Source: Nitriliruptoraceae bacterium
GTDB lineage: Bacteria; Actinomycetota; Nitriliruptoria; Nitriliruptorales; Nitriliruptoraceae
Direction of reading: 5' to 3'
DNA: 64,000 bases
NCBI GenBank assembly: GCA_046540855.1
Contig: JBKHEJ010000001.1
Coordinates: forward strand, 6,099 to 70,098
Shown here: positions 26,108 through 35,813 of the stretch, piece by piece
Numbering within the stretch: position 1 is the first letter of the stretch
Layout of the letters: each line of letters opens with the position of its first letter
Notes under the pieces: generated by a model
What the model was told of the DNA's origin: nothing
Database searches by the model: none
The model's input: only the letters and a program-made list of their open reading frames with translations
Made by a program: the position numbers and the translations under genes

Positions 26108-29100
26108 ATGAGGTTGCCGATCCACCCGCGACCCGCACCCACAGCACCGCGGTGGCGCTTCGTCGGCCCGCCGCGTGGTGGCCGGGTCGTGGCGGTGGCT
26201 GGTGATCCGCGCGAGGCGATGACCTTCTGGATGGGGGCGTGTTCGGGTGGGGTGTTCAAGACCACCGACGGTGGGCGGTACTGGCTGCCGATGACCGATG
26301 GCTGGTTCGGTTCGCCGTCGGTCGGTGCGATCGCGGTTGCTGATAGTGACCCGAACGTGGTGTGGGTGGGGACCGGTGAGGGGGCGGTACGCAACAACGT
26401 GGTCCCTGGTGATGGGGTCTACCGCACCACCGATGGGGGGCGCACCTGGGACCATCTCGGTCTCGCGGCTACCCGTCACATCCCCCGTGTGCGTGTCCAC
26501 CCGCTCGATCCCGATGTGGCCTACGTCGCGGCGATCGGGGACATCTTCGGGCCGAACCCGGAGCGGGGGGTGTACCGCACCACCGATGGGGGGCGTGGTT
26601 GGGAGTTGGTGCTGCATGTGGATGAGCGCACCGGTGCGGCGGATCTGGCGATGGATCCGAACAACCCGCGGATCCTGTTCGCGGCCATGTGGGAGGCTGA
26701 GCGCAAGCCCTGGACGATGCGTTCGGGTGGTGAGGGGTCGGGGTTGTACCGATCCACCGATGGTGGGGACAGTTGGGAGTTGGTGTCGGGCAAGCCGGGG
26801 TTCGCCGAGGGCATCCTTGGCCGGATGGGGGTGTCGGTGTCGCCGGCGCGGTCGGGGCGGGTGTTCGCGCTGGTGGAGGCGGCGGAGGGGCAGGGTGGGC
26901 TGTACCGCTCTGATGATCTGGGTGCGACCTGGGAGCAGGTCAGTGACCATCGGGGGATCCAGGGCCGACCCTGGTACTACAGCCACGTGGTTGCAGACCC
27001 CGTCCACGCTGACACCGTCTACTCGATGAACCTGTGGGCGTGGCGCTCCACCGACGGTGGCCGCAACTGGACCCAGTTCCAGACGCCGCACGGCGACAAC
27101 CACGGCCTGTGGATCGACCCTCGGGATCCGCGACGCATGATCAACGGCAACGACGGGGGCGCGTGTGTGTCGTTCAACGCGGGCGTGAGCTGGTCCTCGA
27201 TCTACAACCAGCCGACCGCGCAGCTGTACCGGTTCGACGTCGACCCCCGGTTCCCTCACGACCTCTACGCGACCCAGCAGGACAACTCGGGCATCCGGGT
27301 GCCCTCGCGGTCCTGGAAGGGGGCGATCCGTTGGGACGATTGTCAGGAGCTCGGAGAGGCTGAGTCCGGGGATGTCGCCCTCGACCCCACCGACCCCACC
27401 ACGGTGTTCCTCGGTGGCGCTGGGTTCGGTCACCCGGGACCACTGCTGCGCTTCGACCGTGTGACCGAGCAACCGGCCGACGTCGCGGTGTGGCCGGAGT
27501 ACTTCATGGGGGTTGGTGCGAGTGAGCAGCGGCACCGGTTCGGGTGGACCTTCCCGATCGAGTTCTCCCCGCATGACCCTACGGTGCTGTACATCGGGGG
27601 GGAGCGGGTGTTCCGTTCCACCGACCGTGGTATGAGTTGGGAGGCGATCAGTCCTGATCTGACCCGGGATGATCCTGACAAGCAGCGCCCGTCGGGTGGC
27701 CCGATCTCCCTCGATACCTCGGGAGCGGAGATCTACTGCACGATCCACGCCTTCGCGGAGTCGCCTCTGACGCCGGGGGAGCTGTGGGCCGGTTCCGATG
27801 ACGGCTTGGTGCACGTGTCTGTCGACGGCGGTGCGAGCTGGCGGGATGTCACGCCGCCGGAGTTGCCTGCGTGGTCCACGGTGCAGCGCATCGAGGTGTC
27901 CCGCCACACGCCGGGGACGGCGTACCTGGCGGCGCACGCCTACCGGGTCCAGGACCGTCGTCCGCTGCTGTTCGTCACGCGCGATCACGGTGGTCGCTGG
28001 GAGCGGATCACTGCGGGTATCCCTGAGGACGAGTGGACGCGCACCATCCGTGAGGACACGGTCGCGAGCGAGGTGCTGTATGCGGGGACGGAGCGGGGGC
28101 CGTGGATGTCCCGGGATGGTGGGTCGAGTTGGACCTCGATCGCGGGGAACCTGCCGGCGGTGCCGATCTACGATCTGCGGTTGCTCGGCCATGAGTTGAT
28201 CGTGGCGACCCACGGTCGCGGTTTCTGGATCCTGGACGACGTCACGCCCCTGCGTGAGGAGCCGGCGGAGCTGGAGGATGAGGCCCTGCTCCTGCACGAG
28301 CTGCCGCCGGTGTACCGCTATCCGACACCCAACGGCTTCGACATGCCGGGTGAGGGCGTGTGGGTCGCGGGTACCCCCGGGGTGCCACTGGGCGGGGCTT
28401 CGTTCACCCCGGTCCGCCAGCTTGACGGGTCGACGGAGAACCTCGTCATCGAAGGCGGAACCAACCCCCCCGATGGCATGCTCGTGCACTACCGCATCGG
28501 AGCAGCGTTGCTCGACGGCGAGGAGAAGCCGGAAGCGACCCTGACGATCCGTACCGCCGACGGCGAGCTGGTCCGGCGCTTCCACGCCACGAACCCAGAG
28601 GACCACCCCAAGGTGCCGACGATCCCCGTCGAGCAAGGGCTCAACCGCTTCGTGTGGGACCTGACCGTTGAGGGGGCCGTGGCAGCCCCTGCTGAGGGCG
28701 AGGAGGGACGGACCTTCGTCACCAGCGGCCCTCGGATCCCACCTGGGACCTACGAGGTCGAGCTGGCGCTTGGCGCGCAGCGGTCGATCGGCTCCTTGGT
28801 GGTGCGGCGTGATCCCCGCGCGGAGGAGTCCGACGAGGATCTGGCTGCGCACTACACCGCACACCTGCGCATCAGCCGACGGGTCGGTGAGATCCACCGC
28901 CGCATCGCACAGCTCCGCCGGGTGCGCACCCAGCTCAGCACCTGGGCTGACCGGGTCGATGAAGCGACGAGCGAGCGGCTCCAGGGCCTGGTGGAACGCC
29001 TGGACGTCGTCGAGCGCGAGCTCACCCAGCCCGACTTCAAGGACGGTGGCGATCGCCTCAAGCTTCCGGCGGGACTGGACGGCAAGCTGGCCCACCTGTG

Positions 29101-29281
29101 CGACTCCGTGTTGCAGCTCTCCGATGCTCCACCCACCCCCGCCCTGCTCGCGGTTGAGGAGCAGTTGTGGGGTGAGGCCGAGGCGGCGATGGCACGGCTG
29201 GACACGCTCCTCGCGGAGGTCGCGAGCGTCGATGCCGACCTGCGTGCTCGCGAGGATCTGGTCCTCATCGACCTCAGCTGA
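26108..29281 (+). CDS. BNR/Asp-box repeat protein, copy 2 (divergent C-terminal third)
   Basis: ATG 26108, 7 nt after AGGAG (tracked GTG at 26102). Residues from PRWRFVG to GEGVW identical to copy 1; thereafter homologous but clearly diverged. Confidence 0.85.
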   Translation: MRLPIHPRPAPTAPRWRFVGPPRGGRVVAVAGDPREAMTFWMGACSGGVFKTTDGGRYWLPMTDGWFGSPSVGAIAVADSDPNVVWVGTGEGAVRNNVVPGDGVYRTTDGGRTWDHLGLAATRHIPRVRVHPLDPDVAYVAAIGDIFGPNPERGVYRTTDGGRGWELVLHVDERTGAADLAMDPNNPRILFAAMWEAERKPWTMRSGGEGSGLYRSTDGGDSWELVSGKPGFAEGILGRMGVSVSPARSGRVFALVEAAEGQGGLYRSDDLGATWEQVSDHRGIQGRPWYYSHVVADPVHADTVYSMNLWAWRSTDGGRNWTQFQTPHGDNHGLWIDPRDPRRMINGNDGGACVSFNAGVSWSSIYNQPTAQLYRFDVDPRFPHDLYATQQDNSGIRVPSRSWKGAIRWDDCQELGEAESGDVALDPTDPTTVFLGGAGFGHPGPLLRFDRVTEQPADVAVWPEYFMGVGASEQRHRFGWTFPIEFSPHDPTVLYIGGERVFRSTDRGMSWEAISPDLTRDDPDKQRPSGGPISLDTSGAEIYCTIHAFAESPLTPGELWAGSDDGLVHVSVDGGASWRDVTPPELPAWSTVQRIEVSRHTPGTAYLAAHAYRVQDRRPLLFVTRDHGGRWERITAGIPEDEWTRTIREDTVASEVLYAGTERGPWMSRDGGSSWTSIAGNLPAVPIYDLRLLGHELIVATHGRGFWILDDVTPLREEPAELEDEALLLHELPPVYRYPTPNGFDMPGEGVWVAGTPGVPLGGASFTPVRQLDGSTENLVIEGGTNPPDGMLVHYRIGAALLDGEEKPEATLTIRTADGELVRRFHATNPEDHPKVPTIPVEQGLNRFVWDLTVEGAVAAPAEGEEGRTFVTSGPRIPPGTYEVELALGAQRSIGSLVVRRDPRAEESDEDLAAHYTAHLRISRRVGEIHRRIAQLRRVRTQLSTWADRVDEATSERLQGLVERLDVVERELTQPDFKDGGDRLKLPAGLDGKLAHLCDSVLQLSDAPPTPALLAVEEQLWGEAEAAMARLDTLLAEVASVDADLRAREDLVLIDLS
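26146..28363 (+). repeat. tandem direct repeat unit B (partner of 22900..25117)
   Basis: See unit A. After 28363 there are 18 divergent nt, then about 105 nt with a few mismatches, then diverged sequence. Confidence 0.9.
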
Positions 29282-29289
29282 GGGGCACG

Positions 29290-29327
29290 TGCCTGGGTGT
29301 GGTTCGAGTGATCACCACACCCAGGCA
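29290..29327. terminator. bidirectional hairpin between convergent genes (14-bp stem)
   Basis: TGCCTGGGTGTGGT-N10-ACCACACCCAGGCA. The right arm overlaps the last codons of the minus-strand GGT gene. Confidence 0.6.
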
Positions 29328-31030
29328 TGACTCTCGCGGCGGGGGTCGGCTCCGGCCTCGAGCGTCCCGTCGGGACGGCGCAGGATCGCGCACACCGCCG
29401 CGGCAGCCGGGGTCCACCGGTCCATGACCTCGATGATGTGGCCTCGGCTTGCGAGCTCCTGCCGGGTAGCGAGGGGCAGGTGGGCCTCCGCAGCGAGGAC
29501 CCCCGGTTGCGCACCGTGCGGGTGGAACGAGTCGGGTGCGCTGAAGGTGATCACCCGAGCACGCTCGATCGCGTCCTGGGTCGACAACCCGCGATCGAGG
29601 ATGTGGCTGGCAACCTGGACCATCGCCTGCGACTGGGCGTCCCCGCCAGGGCACCCGAAGGGCATGAGCGGCCGTCCGTCCGCCATCAGCAGCGCCGGGT
29701 TCGGTGTCAACCTCGGACGCTTCCCCGGAGCGATCGCTGAAGGGTGTCGTGGATCCAGCCACAACTGGGTGCCCCGGCTTGACACCGTGCAGCCCAGCCC
29801 CGGGACCAGAGGGGAGTGCAGCGCGGAATCGGAGGGTGTCGCGGAGAAGGCGTTGCCCTCCGCGTCCATGGCGCACACGTAGGTCGTGTCCGGTTGGGCA
29901 GGCCCGCGCGTCAGAGGCGGCACGTAGCCGGGGCGTCCGCGCCGCCCGGCATGAGGCCAGGGGTCGCCGGGCGGCGGGAGGCCGGGGTGCGCCACGGCGT
30001 CGTCGATGACGGCCCGGCGCTCGTCGAGGTAGGCCTCATCCATCAAGCCCTCGATGGGGACGTCGACGAGGTCGGGATCGGCGAAGAACCCCTCCCGGTC
30101 CGCGAGGGCGAGCTTCATCGCCTCGGCGAAGCGGTGTAGGAAGACCGGATCCTCCGGGCTGCGATCCGCGAGATCATCGAACCCCTCGAGGAGAGCGAGC
30201 ACGATGGGGACCAGGGGACCCTGGGACCACGGCCCGTGGGCGTGCACCTCGATGCCGCGGTAGGTGCCCTGGACCCCGTCCCCGACCCCTACCTCCTGCG
30301 CGGCGAGGTCGGCGAGGTCGAGGGCACACCCCTGCTCGGCGAGGAACCTCGCCATGCGTTCGGCGAGGTCCCCGCGGTAGAACTCGTCCCGCGCCGCCCG
30401 GATCGCGCTCTTTCGGCCCTGGTGGCGGTGGTTGCGCTCCACCTCCGCGAGACGCTCCAAGGTGGCGCGTAGTTCCGGTTGCACGAACCGGTCACCCACA
30501 CGCGGGACCCCTCCGCCGGGCAGGAAGGTCCGGGCGCTCGCCTCCCACGTGCGGAGCAGGTCGGTGTGTTCCGCGATCGCCTCGGCCAGCCGCGGGTACA
30601 CCGGGAAGCCGTCACACAGTTCGATCGCTGGCTCCAGCACCTCTGCGAGGGTGCGGGTCCCGTGGCGCTCCAACGTCGTCAACCAGGCGTCGACGGCGGC
30701 CGGGGTGACCGCCCGCGGCAGGCCCATCGGCATCTCGCCGCCGTACCGATCGAGGTATCCCGCGAGGTCGAGGGACGCCGGCCAGTGGCCGAGGCCGTCG
30801 ATGGTCTCGGGACGGGACATCCCTGGGCGGTGGACGATCACGGGCGCGACACCACCGAGGTCCGCGACGTGCCGCTCCACCACCGCGAGCGCGATGCCCG
30901 CCGCCACACCTGCGTCGATGGCGGTGCCGCCGGCCCGGAACAGCCGCGCACCGGCCTCGGTGGCCAGGTAGTGGGTCGTGCTGACCGCGTGTTGCCGGCC
31001 GAGGAGTGGCGGGCGTCCGAGCCGTGCCAC
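29312..31030 (-). CDS. gamma-glutamyltransferase family protein, no signal peptide (paralog of 19038..20783)
   Basis: MARLGRPPLLGRQHAVSTTHYLATEAGARLFRAGGTAIDAG...PAQPDTTYVCAMDAEGNAFSATPSD... RBS GGGAGGGA. Confidence 0.85.
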   Translation of the reverse strand: MARLGRPPLLGRQHAVSTTHYLATEAGARLFRAGGTAIDAGVAAGIALAVVERHVADLGGVAPVIVHRPGMSRPETIDGLGHWPASLDLAGYLDRYGGEMPMGLPRAVTPAAVDAWLTTLERHGTRTLAEVLEPAIELCDGFPVYPRLAEAIAEHTDLLRTWEASARTFLPGGGVPRVGDRFVQPELRATLERLAEVERNHRHQGRKSAIRAARDEFYRGDLAERMARFLAEQGCALDLADLAAQEVGVGDGVQGTYRGIEVHAHGPWSQGPLVPIVLALLEGFDDLADRSPEDPVFLHRFAEAMKLALADREGFFADPDLVDVPIEGLMDEAYLDERRAVIDDAVAHPGLPPPGDPWPHAGRRGRPGYVPPLTRGPAQPDTTYVCAMDAEGNAFSATPSDSALHSPLVPGLGCTVSSRGTQLWLDPRHPSAIAPGKRPRLTPNPALLMADGRPLMPFGCPGGDAQSQAMVQVASHILDRGLSTQDAIERARVITFSAPDSFHPHGAQPGVLAAEAHLPLATRQELASRGHIIEVMDRWTPAAAAVCAILRRPDGTLEAGADPRRESHAWVW

Positions 31031-31063
31031 GGGTCCCTCCCTGCTGCCTGCAACGGCGGAGGT

Positions 31064-31993
31064 TCAGCGCTTGCTGGTCGGGTCCAGGGCGTCGCGCAAC
31101 CCGTCACCGATGAAGTTCACGCACAGGCAGATCGCCACGATCGTCAGGCCAGGCATGGTGACCAACCACCAGTCCGTGAGCATCGCGTTCCGGCCGTCGT
31201 TGATCAACTTGCCCAGCGCTGGGGTGGGAGGTTGGACGCCGAACCCGAGGAAGGACAGCGTCGCCTCGATAAGGATGGCCAGCGCCACCACGAGGGTCGC
31301 GTTGACGATGATCGGTCCCAGGGAGTTGGGCAGCATGTGTCGGAAGATGATGCGGACGTCCGAGGCACCGGAGGAACGGGCGGCTTCGACGAACTCCATC
31401 TCCCTGAGCGCGAGGTAGTTCCCCCGGACGATGCGGGCGATGTTGGTCCATAGCAGCAGCGAGATGATGAGCGCCACCTGGTAGGGGGAGCCCCCGGAGA
31501 TGAACTCTGCGGCGACGAGCAGGATGGCGAGGCCCGGGACGGCGATGACGAAGTCGGTGAACCGCATGAGGACGTTGTCGAGCCAACCTCGGTAGAAGCC
31601 AGCGAGCGCCCCCACGATCGTGCCGATGGTGGTCGAGACCACCGACACCACGAAGGCCACGCTGATGGAGGTCCGGGTGCCGTAGATGACCCGGCTGAAG
31701 TAGTCCCGTCCGATGCGATCGGTGCCGAAGTAGTGCTGGTCCTCGAGTTGGGGCGGGACCCCCCGGTTCTGCAGGTTCACCTCATCGAAACCGTAGGGGG
31801 ACAACTGCTCCGCGAAGATCGCGACCAGGGTGATCCCGAGCAGCACGGCGAGACTCGCCATGGCCATGCGGTGCCGGAGGAAGGTCCGAACCGCCAGCCG
31901 CCACTGGCTGCGGGTCCGGATCTGGTCCTGCGCCTCGTCATCAGGGAGGCCGAAGGGCTGACCCTCGGGCGCGGTGGGGAGGGTTTCGCTCAT
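31064..31993 (-). CDS. ABC transporter permease (DppC/OppC-like)
   Basis: ...HYFGTDRIGRDYFSRVIYGTRTS... 309 aa. ATGA overlap with the upstream gene. Confidence 0.88.
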   Translation of the reverse strand: MSETLPTAPEGQPFGLPDDEAQDQIRTRSQWRLAVRTFLRHRMAMASLAVLLGITLVAIFAEQLSPYGFDEVNLQNRGVPPQLEDQHYFGTDRIGRDYFSRVIYGTRTSISVAFVVSVVSTTIGTIVGALAGFYRGWLDNVLMRFTDFVIAVPGLAILLVAAEFISGGSPYQVALIISLLLWTNIARIVRGNYLALREMEFVEAARSSGASDVRIIFRHMLPNSLGPIIVNATLVVALAILIEATLSFLGFGVQPPTPALGKLINDGRNAMLTDWWLVTMPGLTIVAICLCVNFIGDGLRDALDPTSKR

Positions 31994-32961
31994 GACGTGC
32001 GGATCCTCGGGTTCAGGAGCCCGTAGGCCAGGTCGGCGAGCAGGTTGGCGATCACGACGACCACGGAGGTGACCATCAGGAACGCCATGATGTTGTAGAC
32101 CTCACGGTCGGTCAGCGCGTCGATGAAGAAGGTGCCCATCCCGGGCAGGGCGAAGACCACCTCGGCGACGATCGCCCCCGTGAACACCGTGCCGAAGTTC
32201 AGCGCGGCGAGGGTGGCGATCGGGATGAGGGCGTTCCGCAGCGCGTGACGTCGCATCACCTGGTGTTCCGGTAGGCCCTTGGCCCGTGCGGTCGTGACGT
32301 AGTTCGCGCCCACCACCTCGAGCATGGAGGCCCGCATGTAGCGCGAGTACGCGGCCACGCTGACGAAGGCGATGGTGATGATCGGCAACGTGAGATGCTG
32401 AAGCCGATCGACGACGAAGGCGAGCCCGGTGCCGGCGTCCACGGAACTGACCCCGGCGGTGTAGAACAGCCGGATGCCGGTAGCCGTGAAGAAGTTGGTC
32501 GCGAGCACCTGCAGGATCAGGGCGAACCAGAACACCGGGATCGAGTAGCCGAGGAAGCTGATGGTGGTCGCGGCGTAGTCGAAGAAGGAGTACTGGCGAC
32601 GGGCTGCAACGACACCGATGAGGATCCCGAAGAACAGCGCCAGGACCTCCGCGGCGACGATCAACTGCAGGGTGAACCACATCGATCGGCGCAGGTCCGG
32701 CCAGATCGGGTTGCCCCCGACCGTGGTCCCGAACCCTTCGGTGAACACCGACTGGACCCAGTAGCCGTACTGGACCCACAGGGGGCGGTCGAGATGCCGG
32801 CGTTCGATGATGCGGTCGACGGTGTCCATATCGACACCGGGTGTGATGAGCAGCTCGCCCAACGGGTCACCCACGATGGTGACCCCGAAGAAGACGACGA
32901 TGCTCGCCGCGATGATGACGGGGATGCTGATCAGCAGCCGTCGGAGGACGTATCTGGCCAT
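31990..32961 (-). CDS. ABC transporter permease (DppB/OppB-like)
   Basis: MARYVLRRLLISIPVIIAASIVVFF...TTARAKGLPEHQVMRRHALRNALIP. 323 aa. Confidence 0.88.
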   Translation of the reverse strand: MARYVLRRLLISIPVIIAASIVVFFGVTIVGDPLGELLITPGVDMDTVDRIIERRHLDRPLWVQYGYWVQSVFTEGFGTTVGGNPIWPDLRRSMWFTLQLIVAAEVLALFFGILIGVVAARRQYSFFDYAATTISFLGYSIPVFWFALILQVLATNFFTATGIRLFYTAGVSSVDAGTGLAFVVDRLQHLTLPIITIAFVSVAAYSRYMRASMLEVVGANYVTTARAKGLPEHQVMRRHALRNALIPIATLAALNFGTVFTGAIVAEVVFALPGMGTFFIDALTDREVYNIMAFLMVTSVVVVIANLLADLAYGLLNPRIRTS

Positions 32962-32991
32962 GGGGCGCCTCGGCTCAGGGGGCGATCGCTG

Positions 32992-34056
32992 TCAGCGGTC
33001 GAAGATCTCCCGGGGTTCTGCGTAGAAGCAGGCGGAGGGGTGACCGTGGTTGAACTCGTCGATCAGGCGGGGTTCTTCCTGGGCGCAGCGGTCCTCGGCC
33101 TTCCAGCAACGCGTGCGGAAGCGGCAGCCGGAGGGTGGGTTGGACGGCGAGGGGACATCACCCAGGAGCATGATGCGGTCGATCTTGTCCCGGTCGCGGG
33201 GGTCGGTGATGGGTGCGGCCGAGAGCAGGGCCTGGGTGTACGGGTGGGTGGGGTTGTTGAAGATCTCCTCGGTGTCGCCGAACTCGACGATCTTGCCGAG
33301 GTACATCACCGCGACCCGGTCGGAGATATGGCGGACCACGGACAGGTCGTGGGCGATGAAGAGGTATGCGAGGCCGAGGGCGTCCTGGAGTTCCTCGAGG
33401 AGGTTGATCACCTGCGCCTGGATGGAAACGTCCAGCGCGGAGACCGGTTCGTCGAGGACGAGGAGTTGCGGATCGAGTGCCAGGGCCCGAGCGATACCGA
33501 TGCGCTGTCGCTGCCCTCCGGAGAACTCGTGGGGGAACCGGTTGCCGTGTTCGGGATTGAGCCCCACCAGGCGCATGAGTTCCTTCACACGTTCGCGGCC
33601 ACCGTCCCGCCAGCGGCCGTAGATGCGCAGCGGTTCGGCGATGATCTCGTTGACCGAGATCCTCGGGTTGAGGGAGGCGTAGGGGTCCTGGAACACGATC
33701 TGGATCTCGCGGCGCATCTCGCGCATGGTGCGGTGCGACATGCTGGCCAGGTCGTGACCTTTGAAGAGGATCCGGCCGTCGGTGGGATCCAGCAGCCGCA
33801 CGATGCACCGGCCGGTGGTGGACTTCCCGCAGCCGGACTCCCCCACCAGTCCGACGGTCTCGCCGGCGTTGACCTCGAAGGAGACCCCATCGACGGCGTA
33901 CACCGATCCGTGCTGCCGGTTGAACACACCGCCCCGCAGCGGGAAGTGCTTGGTGAGGTTCTCCACCGTCAGGATGGTCTCTCCACGCGGGGCACGGTCA
34001 TGGAGCCCAGGGCCGACGGGCACGGGGTCGAGAGGCGTCGGTAGAGCAGCCATCAC
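32992..34056 (-). CDS. ABC transporter ATP-binding protein (DppF/OppF-like)
   Basis: Walker [13 protein letters not shown], signature [16 protein letters not shown]-terminal oligopeptide-type extension with Cys residues. Confidence 0.9.
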   Translation of the reverse strand: MMAALPTPLDPVPVGPGLHDRAPRGETILTVENLTKHFPLRGGVFNRQHGSVYAVDGVSFEVNAGETVGLVGESGCGKSTTGRCIVRLLDPTDGRILFKGHDLASMSHRTMREMRREIQIVFQDPYASLNPRISVNEIIAEPLRIYGRWRDGGRERVKELMRLVGLNPEHGNRFPHEFSGGQRQRIGIARALALDPQLLVLDEPVSALDVSIQAQVINLLEELQDALGLAYLFIAHDLSVVRHISDRVAVMYLGKIVEFGDTEEIFNNPTHPYTQALLSAAPITDPRDRDKIDRIMLLGDVPSPSNPPSGCRFRTRCWKAEDRCAQEEPRLIDEFNHGHPSACFYAEPREIFDR

Positions 34057-35105
34057 CCGGCCTCCCGTTCGTCAGCGTCGAGGTCCAGGCCGATCGCCGC
34101 CTCGATCCGCGCGATCTCCTCGGGTAGTTCGTCGTGGAAGTGGCAGGCGCTGGAACGCCCCTCGCCCAACGGCACCAGTTCCGGGACCTCCGTGCGGCAC
34201 ACCTCCCGGCCAGCCGACATCCGGCACCGCGGGTGGAACGCGCACCCCTTGGGCAGGTTGATCAACGACGGTGGCTGCCCAGGGATCGGCTCGAGGCGAT
34301 CCACCTGCCGGTCGGTACGCGGCAGCGAGGACAACAGCCCCAGGGTGTAGGGGTGGGAGGGGTTGTGGAAGATGTCCTCCACCGTGCCCGTCTCCACGAC
34401 CTTGCCGGCGTACATCACCACCACCCGGTCCGCCATCTCTGCGATGACGCCGAGGTCGTGGGTGATCAGGATCGTGCCGGCGTTGGTCTCCTGCTGCGCC
34501 CGGGCAAGCACGCTGAGCACCTGCGCCTGGATGGTCACATCGAGCGCCGTGGTGGGCTCATCGGCGATCAGGATCTTGGGCTGGTTGGCGATCGCCATCG
34601 CGATCATCGCCCGCTGTCGCATCCCCCCGGAGTACTCGTGCGGGTACTGGCCGAAGCGCACCGCGGCGTTCGGGACGCCCACCAGCTCCAACAGCTCCAC
34701 CGACCGGCGGCGCGCCTCCGCTTCGTCGACCGTGCTGTCGTGTGTGGTGATCGCCTCGGCGATCTGGGAACCGATCGTCAGCACCGGGTTCAGGGAGGTC
34801 ATCGGGTCCTGGAACACCATCGCGATGTCCCGACCCCGCACCTGCCGCAACTCCGCTTCCGACAGTTCCAACAGGTTGCGATCCTCCAGCAGGATCTCGC
34901 CGCTGGCGATACGCCCCGGCGGTTCCGGGATCAGCCGCAGGATCGACATGACGGTCACAGACTTCCCCGACCCCGACTCCCCGACCACGCCCACGGTCTC
35001 ACCGGGGTGGACGTCGTAGGACACCCCGTCCACCGCGTGCACCACACCATCCGGCGTGGAGAACTCCGTCACCAGGTCACGGATCGACAGAAGCGGTTCG
35101 GTCAC
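34053..35105 (-). CDS. ABC transporter ATP-binding protein (DppD/OppD-like)
   Basis: GTG 35105 after GGGGGTAA: [15 protein letters not shown]...[12 protein letters not shown]...[14 protein letters not shown]. The tracked ORF extension to 35489 looks non-coding. Confidence 0.88.
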   Translation of the reverse strand: MTEPLLSIRDLVTEFSTPDGVVHAVDGVSYDVHPGETVGVVGESGSGKSVTVMSILRLIPEPPGRIASGEILLEDRNLLELSEAELRQVRGRDIAMVFQDPMTSLNPVLTIGSQIAEAITTHDSTVDEAEARRRSVELLELVGVPNAAVRFGQYPHEYSGGMRQRAMIAMAIANQPKILIADEPTTALDVTIQAQVLSVLARAQQETNAGTILITHDLGVIAEMADRVVVMYAGKVVETGTVEDIFHNPSHPYTLGLLSSLPRTDRQVDRLEPIPGQPPSLINLPKGCAFHPRCRMSAGREVCRTEVPELVPLGEGRSSACHFHDELPEEIARIEAAIGLDLDADEREAG

Positions 35106-35308
35106 GGCGTTACCCCCCTGTGTCGTCGTCGCTGGGCATGGGGCCGATCCGCGTGACCGAGCGCACCGGCGCCTGCCTGCCGCTTCGGGCCGGTCGTCGG
35201 CCTCCGCATGCTCGGTCTCGCATCCTCCACCTGCCCCCGGGCAACGTTCCGGACCGGTGATCGCTGCATGTCGCCTGCGCCGGTCGGGGTTCCCTGCTTC
35301 GTCCGTAC

Positions 35309-35328
35309 GCGAACAATCGCTCGTTCGC
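35309..35328. promoter_or_regulatory. operator-like palindrome site 9 (GCGAACAATCGCTCGTTCGC)
   Basis: On the minus strand it lies a few nt after a TAGGGT box (about 35337-35342); roughly 200 nt upstream of the ATPase start. Confidence 0.55.
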
Positions 35329-35813
35329 GAGGGGGACCCTAGCCTTCCTCGGCGCCCTGGTCCAAGAGGGATGGCGTCGCGCGCCGGCGAGGTGGGGGCA
35401 CCGGAGACGTGCGGCGCCTGCGGGGCTGGCCGGTCAGGCTCGAGCTGTTCCCGGCATCCGCGCACCTCGTCGGCCGCGACCCGGCCCACCTCAGCCGCGA
35501 CGACGTCGTCCTAGCGGACTGCGGTGCGGACGGAGCCGCTCGGTCGCCCGGAGCGGGTAGGGAGCCAGGGTCGGTGGCGGGATCGTCACAGGCCCCTCCC
35601 GAAGCTGACGCGCAGCGGCACGGCCAGGGCAGCTCCGGTCGGGGTAGGGGCTTGTACGGACATGGTCATCGCTGGAACGGCTGGTGAGGTTGTTGGTGAA
35701 CGCTGCCGGTGGCCCGTCGCACAGGGTGTGTCACACCTCGCCTTCGGTCCCCCCGCTGGGGCCCGACCCCCTGGCTCCGGTGCGGTCCCTCGGTCGCGGT
35801 GTGCTGCCGGCCA

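Noticed and set aside
22898-29095. 783-aa and 1024-aa minus-strand ORFs (22898..25249 and 26021..29095) with a long identical stretch
   Set aside because: They are antisense shadows of the two BNR genes. Their identity merely reflects the 2218-bp repeat, and the translations lack any motif.
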